64,000 bases of DNA from Octopus sinensis (taxonomy: Eukaryota), in NCBI RefSeq assembly GCF_006345805.1, contig NC_043017.1, positions 23,684,001 to 23,748,000 of the forward strand, written 5' to 3'. Each line of letters opens with the position of its first letter. Position 1 is the first letter of the stretch. Both the position numbers and the translations under genes were made by a program. Below are positions 1 through 11,440 of this stretch, piece after piece. The notes under the pieces are model-generated. The model searched no databases and was not told the DNA's origin. It saw only the letters and a program-made list of their open reading frames with translations.

Positions 1-1702
1 CCAGATCACTGACAACCCCAAGGAATGTGCAGAACTCATTGCCGAGTGCTATGCAAACATATTCACTGTCGAAAGTCAAAATGTACCATCTTCACCATCA
101 CTAACAGCAAACTCCATAACAACTATGGAATTTACACCTGCAATGCTGCGACGTCACCTTCAAAATAAGCGCAACTATGCCTCCCCTGGTCTCGATGGAG
201 TTACATACCTGCTTCTCAAACGTGGCAGGCACTTCCTTTTACACCAGCTTTCTATTTTCTTCCAGTACTGTCTCAACAATGGTGCTACTCCGGAGCAGTG
301 GAAAACTGCCAGTGTCATTCCTCTATTCAAAAAGGGTGACCGCACATCACCTGTTAACTATCGCCCAGTCAGTCTCACTAGCTGTATTGCAAAACTGATG
401 GAATCGTGTGTCAGAGAAACACTCTGGAACTTCTGGAGCTCTCACAGTCTCATCCGACCCTCACAATATGGATTTGTCCCTAACTCCAGCTGCAGTGACC
501 AGCTTGTCGAGTTCCTTGAGGACATTACTCAGATCACTGACAGTGGCTCATGGGTGGATGTTGTCTACCTTGACTTTGCTAAGGCTTTCAACTCTGTGCC
601 ACACAAAAGGCTTATGGTGAAACTCTCTGCAATGGGTGTGGGGGATGACCTTTTTAACTGGTTGAAATCCTTCATCCTCAGCCGAAAGGAGGTAGTCACA
701 GTTCTAGGACAGCACTCTACACCATATGAGATGTCATCGGGTGTACCACAGGGATCTGTCCTTGGTCCCCTCCTGTTTGTGGCATACATTAATGACATAG
801 ATGCCAATTTAAAGAATGCCACAGTATTGAAATATGCAGACGACATCAAGCTGTACCTTGAAATCAAGAGGACTGATCCTGATGTCTACAACTCTTTCCT
901 GCAATCAGACCTAGACACAATGCAGCAATGGATCACAGACTGGCAACTGAAACTGGCTGTGGACAAGTGTACCACCATGCATTTTGGGAGAAAAAAACCC
1001 TGCGTCCACATACTCCCTCCACAACACTGATATCAAGAAATCCTCTTGCGAGCGTGACCTAGGCATCACTGTCAGCAGTGATTTGCGTTGGACAAAGCAT
1101 ATCTCTAAAATTGTCAAGAAGGCCGAGGGTTTCTTGGCATCACTCAGCAAGACTTTTGTTAGCCGCTCTCCAGCCATCTATTTAAAACTGTATACAGCTA
1201 TGGTACGACCACACTTGGAATTCGCATCATCAGTTTGGAATCCCTATCTTGCTCAGAACATTGACCTCCTGGAATCTGTCCAGAGACATGCAACCAAATG
1301 CATACCCTCCATCAGACACCTACCATATTCTGAGCGCCTTGTTTCCCTGGGCATGGATTCACTGAAGCGACGGACTTGGTAAACACCCACAAGGTTATCA
1401 ACCACCTCACCAACAACAACACTGAACACCTTTTTGATCTCCATGTGTCTAACACGTGGACATGCCTACAAAGTCAGAAAACAGCACAGCTCCCATGACT
1501 TTCGGAAACATTTTTTCACGCTCAGGGTTGCTGAAGCGTGGAATAAACTGCATGCATCAGTTGTTGACTGCCATGACACTGCATCCTTTAAGGCCCTCAT
1601 GCTTCCCGAAATCCGTCGAAACTACACCTGATTATATATACACTTTAGATGAGTTGTAGTGCACCTGAGCACTGTACACAATTATTATTATTATTATTAT
1701 TA
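1..1702 (+). mobile_element. CR1-group non-LTR retrotransposon, RT-encoding 3' portion, inactivated; runs off window start
   Basis: Frame open from base 2. RT motifs YRPVSLTS, YLDFAKAFNSVPH, SGVPQGSVLGPLLF, YADD, and C-terminal HFFTLRVAEAWNKL. +1 frameshift in the A7 run at 991-997 and further small deletions near 1370 and 1453. Stop at ~1631, short 3'UTR, (ATT)n tail 1680-1702. Confidence 0.92.
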
Positions 1703-1807
1703 CTTCATGATTGTGAGACCAACGCTTCAGCCACTGAGACACATGCCTTCACAGTGGAAGAGTGGAAATTTCACTAAGTGGAGTAGGGTGGGGACTGGTA
1801 TTTCTCT

Positions 1808-2060
1808 ACGTGGCCATTGCCAGCCTTGCCTGGCCCCCGTGCCGGTGGCACGTAAAAAGCACCATCCAACCGTGGCCGTTTGCCAGCCCCATCTGGCACG
1901 TAAAAAGCACCCACTACACTCACGGAGTGGTTGGCATTAGAAAGGGCATCCAGCCGTAGAAACATTGCCAGATCAGACTGGGCCTGGTGCAGCCTTCTGG
2001 CTTCCCAGACCCTAGTTGAATGCTAGCATGGAAAGCGGACGCTAAATGATGATGATGATG
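1808..2060 (+). mobile_element. Family C repeat (RTE-3'UTR-like element with (GAT)n tail)
   Basis: Two GTGGCACGTAAAAAGCACC units, then TTAGAAAGGGCATCCAGCCGTAGAAAC and CATGGAAAGCGGACGCTAAATGATGATG. Many copies in the window. Confidence 0.85.
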
Positions 2061-2966
2061 AGAACCACTTCCTTAAGCCTTATGCTACCATATTTCTGTT
2101 GAAATACACAGCCTTTTAAGTAATTTTGAAAATAATTAATATTTTAGCTGATTTAACTTTGCCATTATTAAACTGGTGTTTGAAACGTAAAGTAACATGA
2201 ATTTTTGATGATAGGATTTAATTTAAAACAGAAAATTTCCGTTATAAAACCAGGATGGGTTGGTATGGCAAGGGTGAAACTGTTTACAATAACATTAGCA
2301 GGATTTTTATAAGAAAATCAAGAAAAGCAGCCACTGTTTGCATATGACTTGCAAATCATTTATATCATCTCAGAGTTGATGGTGTCCAGGGACTGTGAGT
2401 GGTAGAGTAGTAGTGGTAGGTAACAGAAGACCATTAAGGAGGGGAACCTGAAGGTAAAAGATTTCTGACAGAAGAGATCTATTTGATTGAATATAAATGA
2501 TATTCTGATGCCGAGACACAAGACACAGTTCTGTAAATCTATGCAAATATAGTAAAAGAGAAAGAGAAACTAATAATGATGATGGTAATTAATGACATTG
2601 AATATTTATTGGTGATTTCACAATAAAATGACTGCCAGAAGTAATAATAATGTTTATATTACAGTTAGAGATCAGATTATTTCTGTAAAGAATTTCACAG
2701 CAAGAAAAAAGTATTATAGCAACTGGTTTATTTTGTTTACTGAATCGCCCCCCCCCACACACACACACATACACACACTTCCTTTTGTACACACCCACAT
2801 GTATTTTCTCCCTCTCTCTCTCACTCTTTCTCTGTTCCCTGCTCTCTTTCTCCCATACAATCAGTCCCTCTCCACCACACTCAAATTCCCTCCAGCTTGT
2901 TTGATTTCCTTCAGACTTACCCCTCACACAATTCCTCTCACATATTCTTTCATTCTCTCTCTATGT

Positions 2967-3016
<50 letters not shown>

Positions 3017-3269
3017 TCTGGTCTATTGGCTGATCTGTTGTTTGGTCAGAGCACTTAACTCTCAGATGGCTCTGTCCACCAAGCTGTAGATTAATACCAC
3101 TGAGTATGAACAATAGCACAAGCTATTGAATGCTTTAGTAAAGGCAATGGGAAACCATGCCATTGTATTCATCCTGAGATAGTGATTCCCTGATGACAAA
3201 CAGGCTTGCAGGACTCTCTGCAAAAATGGTAATTCTGTTCATAACCATCCACCTGTTCCTTGTTGTTTT

Positions 3270-3455
3270 GAGGTAGATTTTTCAATGGCCAGATGCCTTA
3301 CCTGTCAGCAACTCCAACCTTCATTCCAAGCAAGGTAATATTCCCCCATGGCCAGATCTGTCTTCACAGAATATTAGAAATGAACAACACTGCTTTTATG
3401 ACAGTGATACTCATTTACAACATTGACTCTATATCAAAACAAGGAGATACAAGCA
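3270..3455 (-). mobile_element. Family C variant (C2) fragment
   Basis: GGCCAGATGCCTTACCTGTCAGCAAC...GCAAGGTAATATTCCCCCATGGCCAGA, homologous to 62290-62450 and 24365-24500. Confidence 0.6.
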
Positions 3456-3459
3456 TTCA

Positions 3460-3606
3460 TACACAGGTGTGATGAAAAGTTCCTGGTTTAAAGGCCCAAC
3501 CTTCCAAGTACTTTTACAGGGCTTAAAAATATTGAAGGGCCACTGCAATAAGTGTGTGAATCTGAGAGGGGAATACATTCAATAAAATCGTAGTTAATAG
3601 ATCCTA
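3460..3606 (+). mobile_element. Mariner-derived MITE, partial
   Basis: TA then TIR-like CACAGGTGTGATGAAAAGTTCCTGGTTT. Body homologous to the complete copy at 28741-28960. Confidence 0.65.
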
Positions 3607-4029
3607 ATTAATTACAGTTCCAATCTTTTAATTTCATTGGAAATAGTACAAGGGTTTTCTTTAAACGCATATACACCTTTTCCTTGACTTTCGACCAAGT
3701 TCCATTCCAACTGACAGGTTGTAAGTCAATCTGGTCACATGTTGGATTTATATTTTTCAGCACTATTTTTATTCAAACACAACTGGTGCTTCAAAGCGAC
3801 TAAGAGACAGTGGCAAGCAGTGGATGCCTGGGTCTGAGTGGGGGGGGGGTGCGTTTCCAGATGCTACCATAATTATCATATGTGCAGCTAACCAATATCC
3901 AAAAATTGACTTTTTATTTATTTATTTATTTATTTTTATTTCCTTATTTTTTTGTGGTCATAAGTCGCATAGGCTGTATGTCGAAGAGAAGGTGTGTGTA
4001 TGTGTATATATATATATATATATATGCTG

Positions 4030-4340
4030 AGACCCCCTTTGGTCATGATTGACCGTGGGATTGCACCTAGAAAGCTACCCTTCCAGGCACAAGTCCGGCC
4101 AAGGTTGTTTATGGAAGACCAGCAGTCGTCCATGCATACCGGCCTCCCCTCTCAAAGCCACCAGTGTTATCCAAGGGAAAGGCCGATACAGCTTGGCACC
4201 TGTGATGTCGCAACTCATTTCTACAGCTGAGTGAACTGGAGGAACGTGAAATAAAGTGTCTTGCTCAAGAACACAACACACAGCCCGGCCCGGGATTCGA
4301 ACTCACAACCTCACGATTGTAAGCTCGATGCTCTAACCAC
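4030..4340 (-). mobile_element. tRNA-derived SINE (family D)
   Basis: Minus strand GTGGTTAGAGCATC (A box) and GAGTTCGAATCCCGG (B box), then GTGTTGTGTTCTTGAGCAAGACACTTT. Second copy at 13945-14272. Confidence 0.85.
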
Positions 4341-4825
4341 ATAAGGGTACATAAGGGAACATTTTCAAAAGATGTCAACAAAAAAATTGGTAAAAAAATG
4401 AATATTGAAAAAATATATAAATACTGATAAAAAAAAAACAACAGAAATAAAAAAAAAACAGTAAAAGATATTGACAAATACAAAAAAAAAATGTAAATAA
4501 CACAGAGATAGTAAATATATTTAAAACTTAAAAAGAATCCATAGATAAAAAGTCACGAACATCTGATATTGTTACATAATGGATATTATGTACCAACATG
4601 AACTGATCATGGCTTTATTGATTCTTCATAGAGTGTCATCTATGTGAAATTTCAGTTAAGTTAACTGTCTCTTTGTTTTCGTTATTATTCACTTATTTTA
4701 TTTCATGTTGTTTTTTATTTAGTTTTCATAATCTACTTTTGTATTGAGCACTCTGTAACTTAGCTGTTATCTATACAGTTGTGCCAATAAAGTTGCTAGA
4801 CACACACACACAACTATATATATAT

Positions 4826-4857
<32 letters not shown>

Positions 4858-4859
<2 letters not shown>

Positions 4860-5119
4860 TCAACGTTTAACGTCCGTTTTCCATGCTAGCATGGGTTAGA
4901 CGGTTCAACTGGGGATCTGGGAAGCCAGAAGGCTGCACCAGGCTCCAGTCTGATCTGGCAGTGTTTCTACGGCTGGATGCCCTTCCTAACACCAACCACT
5001 CCGTGAGTGTAGTGGGTGTTTTTTACGTGCCACCAGAGGCTGGCAACAGCCACGATTGGTTGGTGCTTTTTACATGCCACCGGTACGGAAGCCAGTCAAG
5101 GCAGCGCTGGCATTGGCCG

Positions 5120-5120
<1 letters not shown>
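4858..5120 (-). mobile_element. Family C repeat
   Basis: Plus strand CATCATCAACGTTTAACGTCCGTTTTCCATGCTAGCATGGG...GGATGCCCTTCCTAAC...two unit copies. Confidence 0.85.
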
Positions 5121-5153
<33 letters not shown>

Positions 5154-5155
<2 letters not shown>

Positions 5156-5555
5156 CGCAGGAGTGGCTGTGTGGTAAGTAGCTTGCTTACCAACCACATG
5201 GTTCCGGGTTCAGTCCCACTGCGTGGCACCTTGGGCAAGTGTCTTCTACTATAGCCTCGGGCCGACCAAAGCCTTGTGAGTGGATTTGGTAGACGGAAAC
5301 TGAAAGAAGCCTGTCATATATATGTATATATATATGTGTGTGTGTATGTTTGTGTGTCTGTGTTTGTCCCCCTAGCATTGCTTGACAACCGATGCTGGTG
5401 TGTTTATGTCCCCGTCATTTAGTGGTTCGGCAAAAGAGACCGATAGAATAAGTACTGGGCTTACAAAGAATAAGTCCCGGGGTTGAGTTGCTCGACTAAA
5501 GGCATTGCTCCAGCATGGCCGCAGTCAAATGACTGAAACAAGTAAAAGAGTAAAG
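5154..5555 (+). mobile_element. tRNA-derived SINE (family A), full length, with internal microsatellite
   Basis: A box TGGCTGTGTGGTAAG, B box GGGTTCAGTCCC. ACCTTGGGCAAGT resembles the CORE-SINE domain (from memory). Internal (TA)n(GT)n, 3' end GACTGAAACAAGTAAAAGAG. More than 25 full or partial copies in the window. Confidence 0.9.
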
Positions 5556-5577
5556 AGAGATACATACATATGTACAC

Positions 5578-6040
5578 ATCATCATCATCATCATCATTTA
5601 ACATCCATTTTCCAAGTTGTCATGAGTTGGATGGTTTGACAGGAGCTGTCTAGGCTCATGTCTGCTTTCGCATAGTTTCTATGGCTGGATGCCTTTCCTG
5701 GTGCCAACCACTTTACTGAGTGTACTGGATGCTTTTATACAGCACCAGCACCCACAAGCCTGTAAGGTTAGGAATTCTCAGCTGGAGAAGGATGCAGGGG
5801 ACATGCCTGTATCCAAGGACAACCATGCTTTTATTTAGCGTGATGTGTCTTTTCAAGCACAGCAAACCACCAGGTGTCTTGGTCCCTTGTCATCCCCTCT
5901 GTGAATACCAGCATCCATAGATCCTTTCTCACCACTTCGTCCCATGTTTTCCTGGGTCTGCTCCTTCCACATGTTCCCTCTGCAATTTGAGACTGGCACC
6001 ACTTGATGCAGCTGTCTTTAGTCATATGAAGACAGCTGCA
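5578..6040 (-). mobile_element. RTE-clade LINE 3' end (ORF C-terminus, 3'UTR, (GAT)n tail)
   Basis: Minus-strand peptide GRSRPRKTWDEVVRKDLWMLVFTEGMTRDQDTWWFAVLEKT is a typical RTE C-terminus. Stop at 5831. The 3'UTR contains AGGAAAGGCATCCAGCCATAGAAAC and ends GGATGTTAAATGATGATG. Confidence 0.8.
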
Positions 6041-6058
6041 TATATACATATATATACA

Positions 6059-6110
<52 letters not shown>

Positions 6111-6120
6111 TATGTATATA

Positions 6121-6285
6121 GGGAGAGTTTACGAAAAAAACAAAAGACGAAGACAGGTGGTGTACAAAACAAACAGATGTATTAGTATAACGCTCACGAA
6201 TAGAAAAAGTCTTTTACGTTTTGAGCCTACGCTCTTCTACAGAAAGGAACACAGAAAAAACAAGGAGAGAAAAAATTGTGTGTGT
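6121..6285 (-). mobile_element. Penelope-like terminal-repeat remnant with hammerhead-like motif
   Basis: Minus strand CTTT-CTGTAGAA-GAGC-GTAG-GCTC-AAAAC-GTA-AAAG at 6211-6246. The Penelope assignment is inferred from the minimal type I hammerhead architecture. Confidence 0.5.
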
Positions 6286-6320
6286 GTGTATGTATATATA
6301 TATATATATATATATATGTA

Positions 6321-6728
6321 TCTTGTTTCAGTCATTAGTCTGCAATCATGCTGGGGTGTATATACATGGCACTTGAAGAATTTTTGTTGAATCAACTGAC
6401 CCTAGTACTTTTTTTTTAAGCATGGTACCTAACATTGTAGTTTCCTTTGCCGAACCACTAGGTTGCAGAGATGCAAACACACCCACACTGGTTGTCAAGT
6501 AGTAGTAGTAGGGGCAAACACACGCACAAAGACAGAAACACACACATATCTGTGGGCGTGTGAGAGAGAGAGAGAGAGGCTTTTTTAAGTTTCTGTCTAG
6601 CAAATCCACTCTCAAGGCTTTTGTCGACCACAGGCTACAGTAGAAGACACTTGCCCAAGGTGCCATGTTGTGGGACTGAACCTGGAATCATGTGGCTGGA
6701 AAGCAAACTTCTCACCACACAGCCACAC
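6321..6728 (-). mobile_element. SINE family A, full length, diverged
   Basis: Reverse complement of the family A head, core, internal (CA)/(GA) tract and tail. Confidence 0.8.
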
Positions 6729-7257
6729 GTGTGTGTGTGTTTGTGATGGATTGATTGATGGATGGATTTATTTAATTATCTATTTGTAAATAAGGGGAAA
6801 CACAATAGTATGAGTAAGTTGAAGCATTCTGCTTCAAAAATAAAATATATCTGCCAGTCTTCATTCATTCAGCTTCATAATGCAGTGAATATTGGAACTG
6901 TTTAATTCATGACTCCTTCATACAGAGAAAACTTGATATTGTAAACAAAATGTAAACATTTTCTAAGCAACAACAGAGCTGTTTAAATATGTGTTCAGTT
7001 CAGACACTTAAATATACTGAGGAGCAGCATGACCAGTGTTACTATGCATTTGAATAAAATATTAAAATCTCTTGCTATGAGAACAATGTGTCATCTCGTA
7101 GACCCTAAGGTGAAGAATTTTCAAATATTCTTTTGTTTTGTTTATTGCTGATCTTTGGTTTTAGATACAAATTACTGGCCAGATAGGTACTAAAACCAAA
7201 ACAATCTGGGAAAATACAAAAAGGGACTTGGATATTCAGAATAAACGAAAGAAATCA

Positions 7258-7532
7258 TCATCATCATCATCATCGTTTAATGTCCGCTTTCCATGCTAGC
7301 ATGGGTTGGATGGTTCAACTGGGGTCTGGGAAGCCAGAAGGCTGCACCAGGCCCAGTCTGATCTGGCAGTGTTTCTACAGCTGGATGCCCTTCCTAATGC
7401 CAACCACTCCGTGAGTGTAGTGGGTGCTTTTTACGTGCCACCAGCACAGGTGCCAGACGAAGCTGGCAAGCAACCATGATAGGATGGTGCTTTTTACGTG
7501 CCACCAGCACAGAGACCAGACAAAGCTGGCAA
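7258..7532 (-). mobile_element. Family C repeat
   Basis: (CAT)n tail, GGATGCCCTTCCTAATGCC, two GGTGCTTTTTACGTGCCACC units. Confidence 0.85.
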
Positions 7533-7574
7533 TGTATTAAATATTTGTTTCAGATTTTGGCTGCTCAAGGCTAG

Positions 7575-7985
7575 CATGTTCAGGGGTGGGTGGAGTAAGT
7601 CAACCCCAGTGCTCAACTGGTATTTATTTTACTGACCCTGAAAGGATGAAAGGTAGAGTCGACTTTGGCTGAATTTGAACTCAGAACATACAGATGAACG
7701 AAATGCTGCTGACCATTTTACCCAGTGTGCTAATGATTCTGCCAGCTCACTGCCTTACAAAAGGCTAATAGTGGTTTTGAATTTTAGCACAAGACCAGCA
7801 ATTTTTGGGGAGGGGTAAGTCAATTACATCAACCCCAGTGTTCAAATGGTTCTTATTTTACTGACCCTGAAAAGATGAAGAGCAAAGTCGACCTCAGCAG
7901 AATTTGAACTCAGAACATAAAGACAGACAAAATGCATCTAAGCATTTTGCCTGGCATACTTATAATACTGCCAGCTCACCACCTT
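7575..7985 (-). mobile_element. Two adjacent tRNA-derived SINEs (family B)
   Basis: Each has plus-strand GGATGAAAGG..AAGTCGAC...GAATTTGAACTCAGAAC (reverse of B box GAGTTCAAATTC) and TTCTGCCAGCTCAC (reverse of head). Confidence 0.8.
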
Positions 7986-9266
7986 AAATGTATTAAGTAT
8001 TATAATTACATATTTCTCTTTTTAATTGCTAAACAGCTTAATTCGTTGATGTCATTACATTTACAAGCAAAGTTTTCCTATAAAAAATGTATATTTGAAA
8101 GTAATTGCAGATTGAAAACTCATTTCCAACTATATCATCATCATTTAACATCTGCTTTCCATGCTGGCATGGGTTGGACAGTTTGACAGGAGCCAATAAG
8201 CTGATGGAATGCATCAGATTCTGCTGTCTGGGGTATGTGTCTGTGTGGGTGCTTGTGTCTGTGTGTATTTCAGTTTGCAACTACTTACAAATATAATTTT
8301 TTTATGAGAAATATTTTCTGTTTTATGTGTGATATATTTGTGTTTTGTGTGTGATATATTTGTGTTTTGTGTGTGATACATTTGTGTTTTATGTGTGATA
8401 ACTTGTTTTATGTGTGATAAAAGGGAAATCTAAAATAATTCTTTCTAATTTTAGCATAAGGTCAACAGTTTTAGAGAGAGTCCTCAGAGCTAAACTGATA
8501 TGAATTTTATTGTCTCTCAAAGGGTGAAATGCAAAGTTGACCTCAACAAAATTTGAACCCAGAATGGTGGATTGTATTCCACTAAGCATTTTGTCCAGTA
8601 TAGAAGTTCAAGTAGCATTTCTATCTATATCTAGAAGCATTTTGTCATACATAGAAGTTTGGGGGAAAAAAGATGTTGATAGAATAAGTACTCATGTTGA
8701 TTTGTTTGACCATGTTCACTCAAGAAGCTATTGTTTTCTTAAGTTAAAAATTCTTGACAATTTACTGCTATAAATACTTTGAAAACAAAAAAGCATTTCT
8801 CTAAATGGCTGAATATTTATGTAAAAACAGTACTTCAGACAAACATTCTACAATAGGTCAGAGTCATTAGAGGTAAACTGTCTACTTGTTGACTGGCAAA
8901 AGTCAAAACAAACAGTTTATAATTTGCCTTTTAATCTTATATAATCCAACTGGTCTTTGTATTCTTACTATGTTTACTTTTAACCTTTTACTTGTTTCTG
9001 TCATTGGTCTGTGGTCATGCTGGAGCACATCTTGAAGGGTTTAGTCATAAATGACAGCAGTACACATTTTTTTTTAAAGTTTGGTATTTATGAGGAGTGC
9101 TGAAAAGTTTCTGGTTTTATTCCCTTTCTTTTTCCCTTGTCTTTTATATACCCACCCCCACCCCATATTTTTAACTGCCTTTGTAATGCACTTCGTTAGA
9201 CACCCCTGTGGCAAATAAAAAAAAATCCTCATCATTACTAGTGGTGGTGGTGGTAGTAGTAGTTGT

Positions 9267-9492
9267 AAGGTGACCAGCTGTCGGCATCCTTAGCGTGCTG
9301 GACAGAATCCTTTGCTTAGCTGCATTTTCTCTGTCTTTATGTTCTGAGTTCAAATTCCACCATGGTCAAATTTGACTTCCATCCTTTTGGGATTGATGAA
9401 ATAAGTACCAGTTGAACACTGGGGTCAATGTAATTGACTTACCCCTTACCCCGAAATTGCTGGCCTTGTGCCAAGATTTGAAATTATTATTA
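9267..9492 (+). mobile_element. SINE family B with (ATT)n-type tail
   Basis: CTGAGTTCAAATTCC B box, TTCCATCCTTTTGGGATTGATGAAATAAGTACCAG central domain (Nin/Deu-like from memory), tail GAAATTATTATT. Confidence 0.75.
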
Positions 9493-10324
9493 ATATTATA
9501 TATTTCATTTCAAATATCTATGGAAATTCCTTTTATTTTTTCACTGGTTTCAGTCATTGGACTGTGGCCATGCTTGAGCATCACTTAAAGGTCAATAATA
9601 TTGACCCCTTTACTTATTTTCATCAGTTTCTGTTTGTCAAATGGTTAAGTTTACCTTTTGATATAAAACCATGCAACATCACTTGCTATTTTACACCACT
9701 GTATACACACACACACACACACAGCAGGCTTCTTCACAGTTTCTTTCATCTGCCAGGTTTCCTTCTTAAGGTATTGATTGACTCAAAGCAATAGGGAGAA
9801 GTCGCTCATCTAATGCGCTGTGCAGTAGGATTGAAACTGAGCCACAGGTCTTAACCATGCGGCTGGTTGTAAAAGTGACCTTGTAACCACATGATTATGT
9901 TTGCATTGTGGAAGAAACCATTTTTTGGCCAGGAAGATTGAGCAAAGAATATTTCCATTTTTAAACAATGTGTGGTTGAGACTACAAACATCACTGATAA
10001 AAAAGATACATACATATCTACAGGAAGAGAATCAACGAGCGTGGGTGAAGTTCTCTAGAGTAAAGTGTGCTTGCGTGTGTGTGTGTGTATATAATGTTTA
10101 TACATACACTTTGACAATTTGACAATTTTCAACATCTTGACAATTTTCATATCTTGGCATCTGAAGCAGCTGGAGTTTTAGTAGTTTGACCAAAAGAACT
10201 GGCTATTGCAAGCAAAAATAAATATTGGAAAAAAACACATTTGGCCAAATTTGGATATATGACAGTTTAACATAATATCAGCGATATATGCATACACACA
10301 CACACACATACACGTATATGCAAG

Positions 10325-10517
10325 AAGTTAAATTCTGGTCATAGAGTTATCAAAGGTTTCATATCCATGAAAACCACAGCCTTGTGGACAGCTCATCAGA
10401 CTCAATACAAAGAGAAAACTTGAGTTTGTCTTTGTATAGTGTTTGGTGAGCTGCCCACAAGGCTTTGGCTTTTGTGGATATGAAACCTTTGATAACTCTA
10501 TGACCAGAATTTAACTT
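10325..10517. repeat. Fold-back inverted repeat, about 95-bp arms
   Basis: 10325-10367 is the exact reverse complement of 10475-10517 (43 bp). The inner arms are homologous but diverged. Confidence 0.9.
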
Positions 10518-10631
10518 TTTGTTTATATGTATGTGTGTTTTTTTATATTTATACATACCATATGAGTGAGATCGTTGCAGAGCAACAAGCTGGCCTCTGT
10601 GCTAATGCACACCATTCAAGTGTGATACCAA

Positions 10632-10835
10632 TTTCTATTTCTTTACTACCCACAAGGGGCTAAACACAGAGGGGACAAACAAGGACAGACAAACAGATTA
10701 AGTCGATTACATCAACCCCGAAAGAATGAAAGGCAAAGTCGACCTCGGCGGAATTTGAACTCAGAACGTAACTGCAGACGAAATACTGGAAAGCATTTCG
10801 CCTGGTGCGCTAACGTTTCTGCAATCACGCCGCTA
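10632..10835 (-). mobile_element. SINE family B (B1 subtype)
   Basis: CTATTTCTTTACTACCCACAAGGGGCTAAACACAGAGGGGAC...GAATTTGAACTCAGAACG. Confidence 0.85.
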
Positions 10836-10839
10836 AGTG

Positions 10840-11172
10840 TGATCGTTACCGCGTCGCCTTACCAGTACTTGTGCTGGTGGCATGTGAAATATTCGAGCGA
10901 GGTCGTTGCCAGTGCCGCTGGACTGGCTCCTGTGCAGGTGGCACGTAAAAAGCACCATTTGGGCATGGCCGTTGCCAGTACCACCAAACTGGCCCTCGTA
11001 CAGGTGGCACGTAAAAGCACCCTCTACACTCTCGGAGTGGTTGGCATTAGGAAGGGCATCCAGCTGTAGAAACTTTGCCAGATCAGATTGGAGTCTGGTT
11101 CGCCAGACCTCAGTCAAACCGTCCAACCCATGCTAGCATGAAAAGAAGACGTTAAATGATGATGATGATGAT
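10840..11172 (+). mobile_element. Family C repeat with about 3 unit copies
   Basis: Repeated GTGC.GGTGGCACGTAAAAAGCACC units, AGGAAGGGCATCCAGCTGTAGAAAC, (GAT)n tail. Confidence 0.85.
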
Positions 11173-11376
11173 AGCGAGAGAGAGAGATTCAAAGTGGAAG
11201 GTATCTTCATTTCGAGTAATGCATATATACATATGTGTGTGTGTATAAATAACCATAAATATTTACATATAAATATATATATATATAATAGAGAAAGAGA
11301 GAGAGAGAGAATCATAGTGGGAGGTTTCTTTATTTAGATTAAAGTATATATATATATATAACTATATGTGTGTATG

Positions 11377-11440
<64 letters not shown>

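Noticed and set aside
4270-4340. tRNA gene-like sequences here and at other SINE heads
   Set aside because: A and B boxes are present but there is no complete acceptor stem, and each continues into a repeated SINE body.
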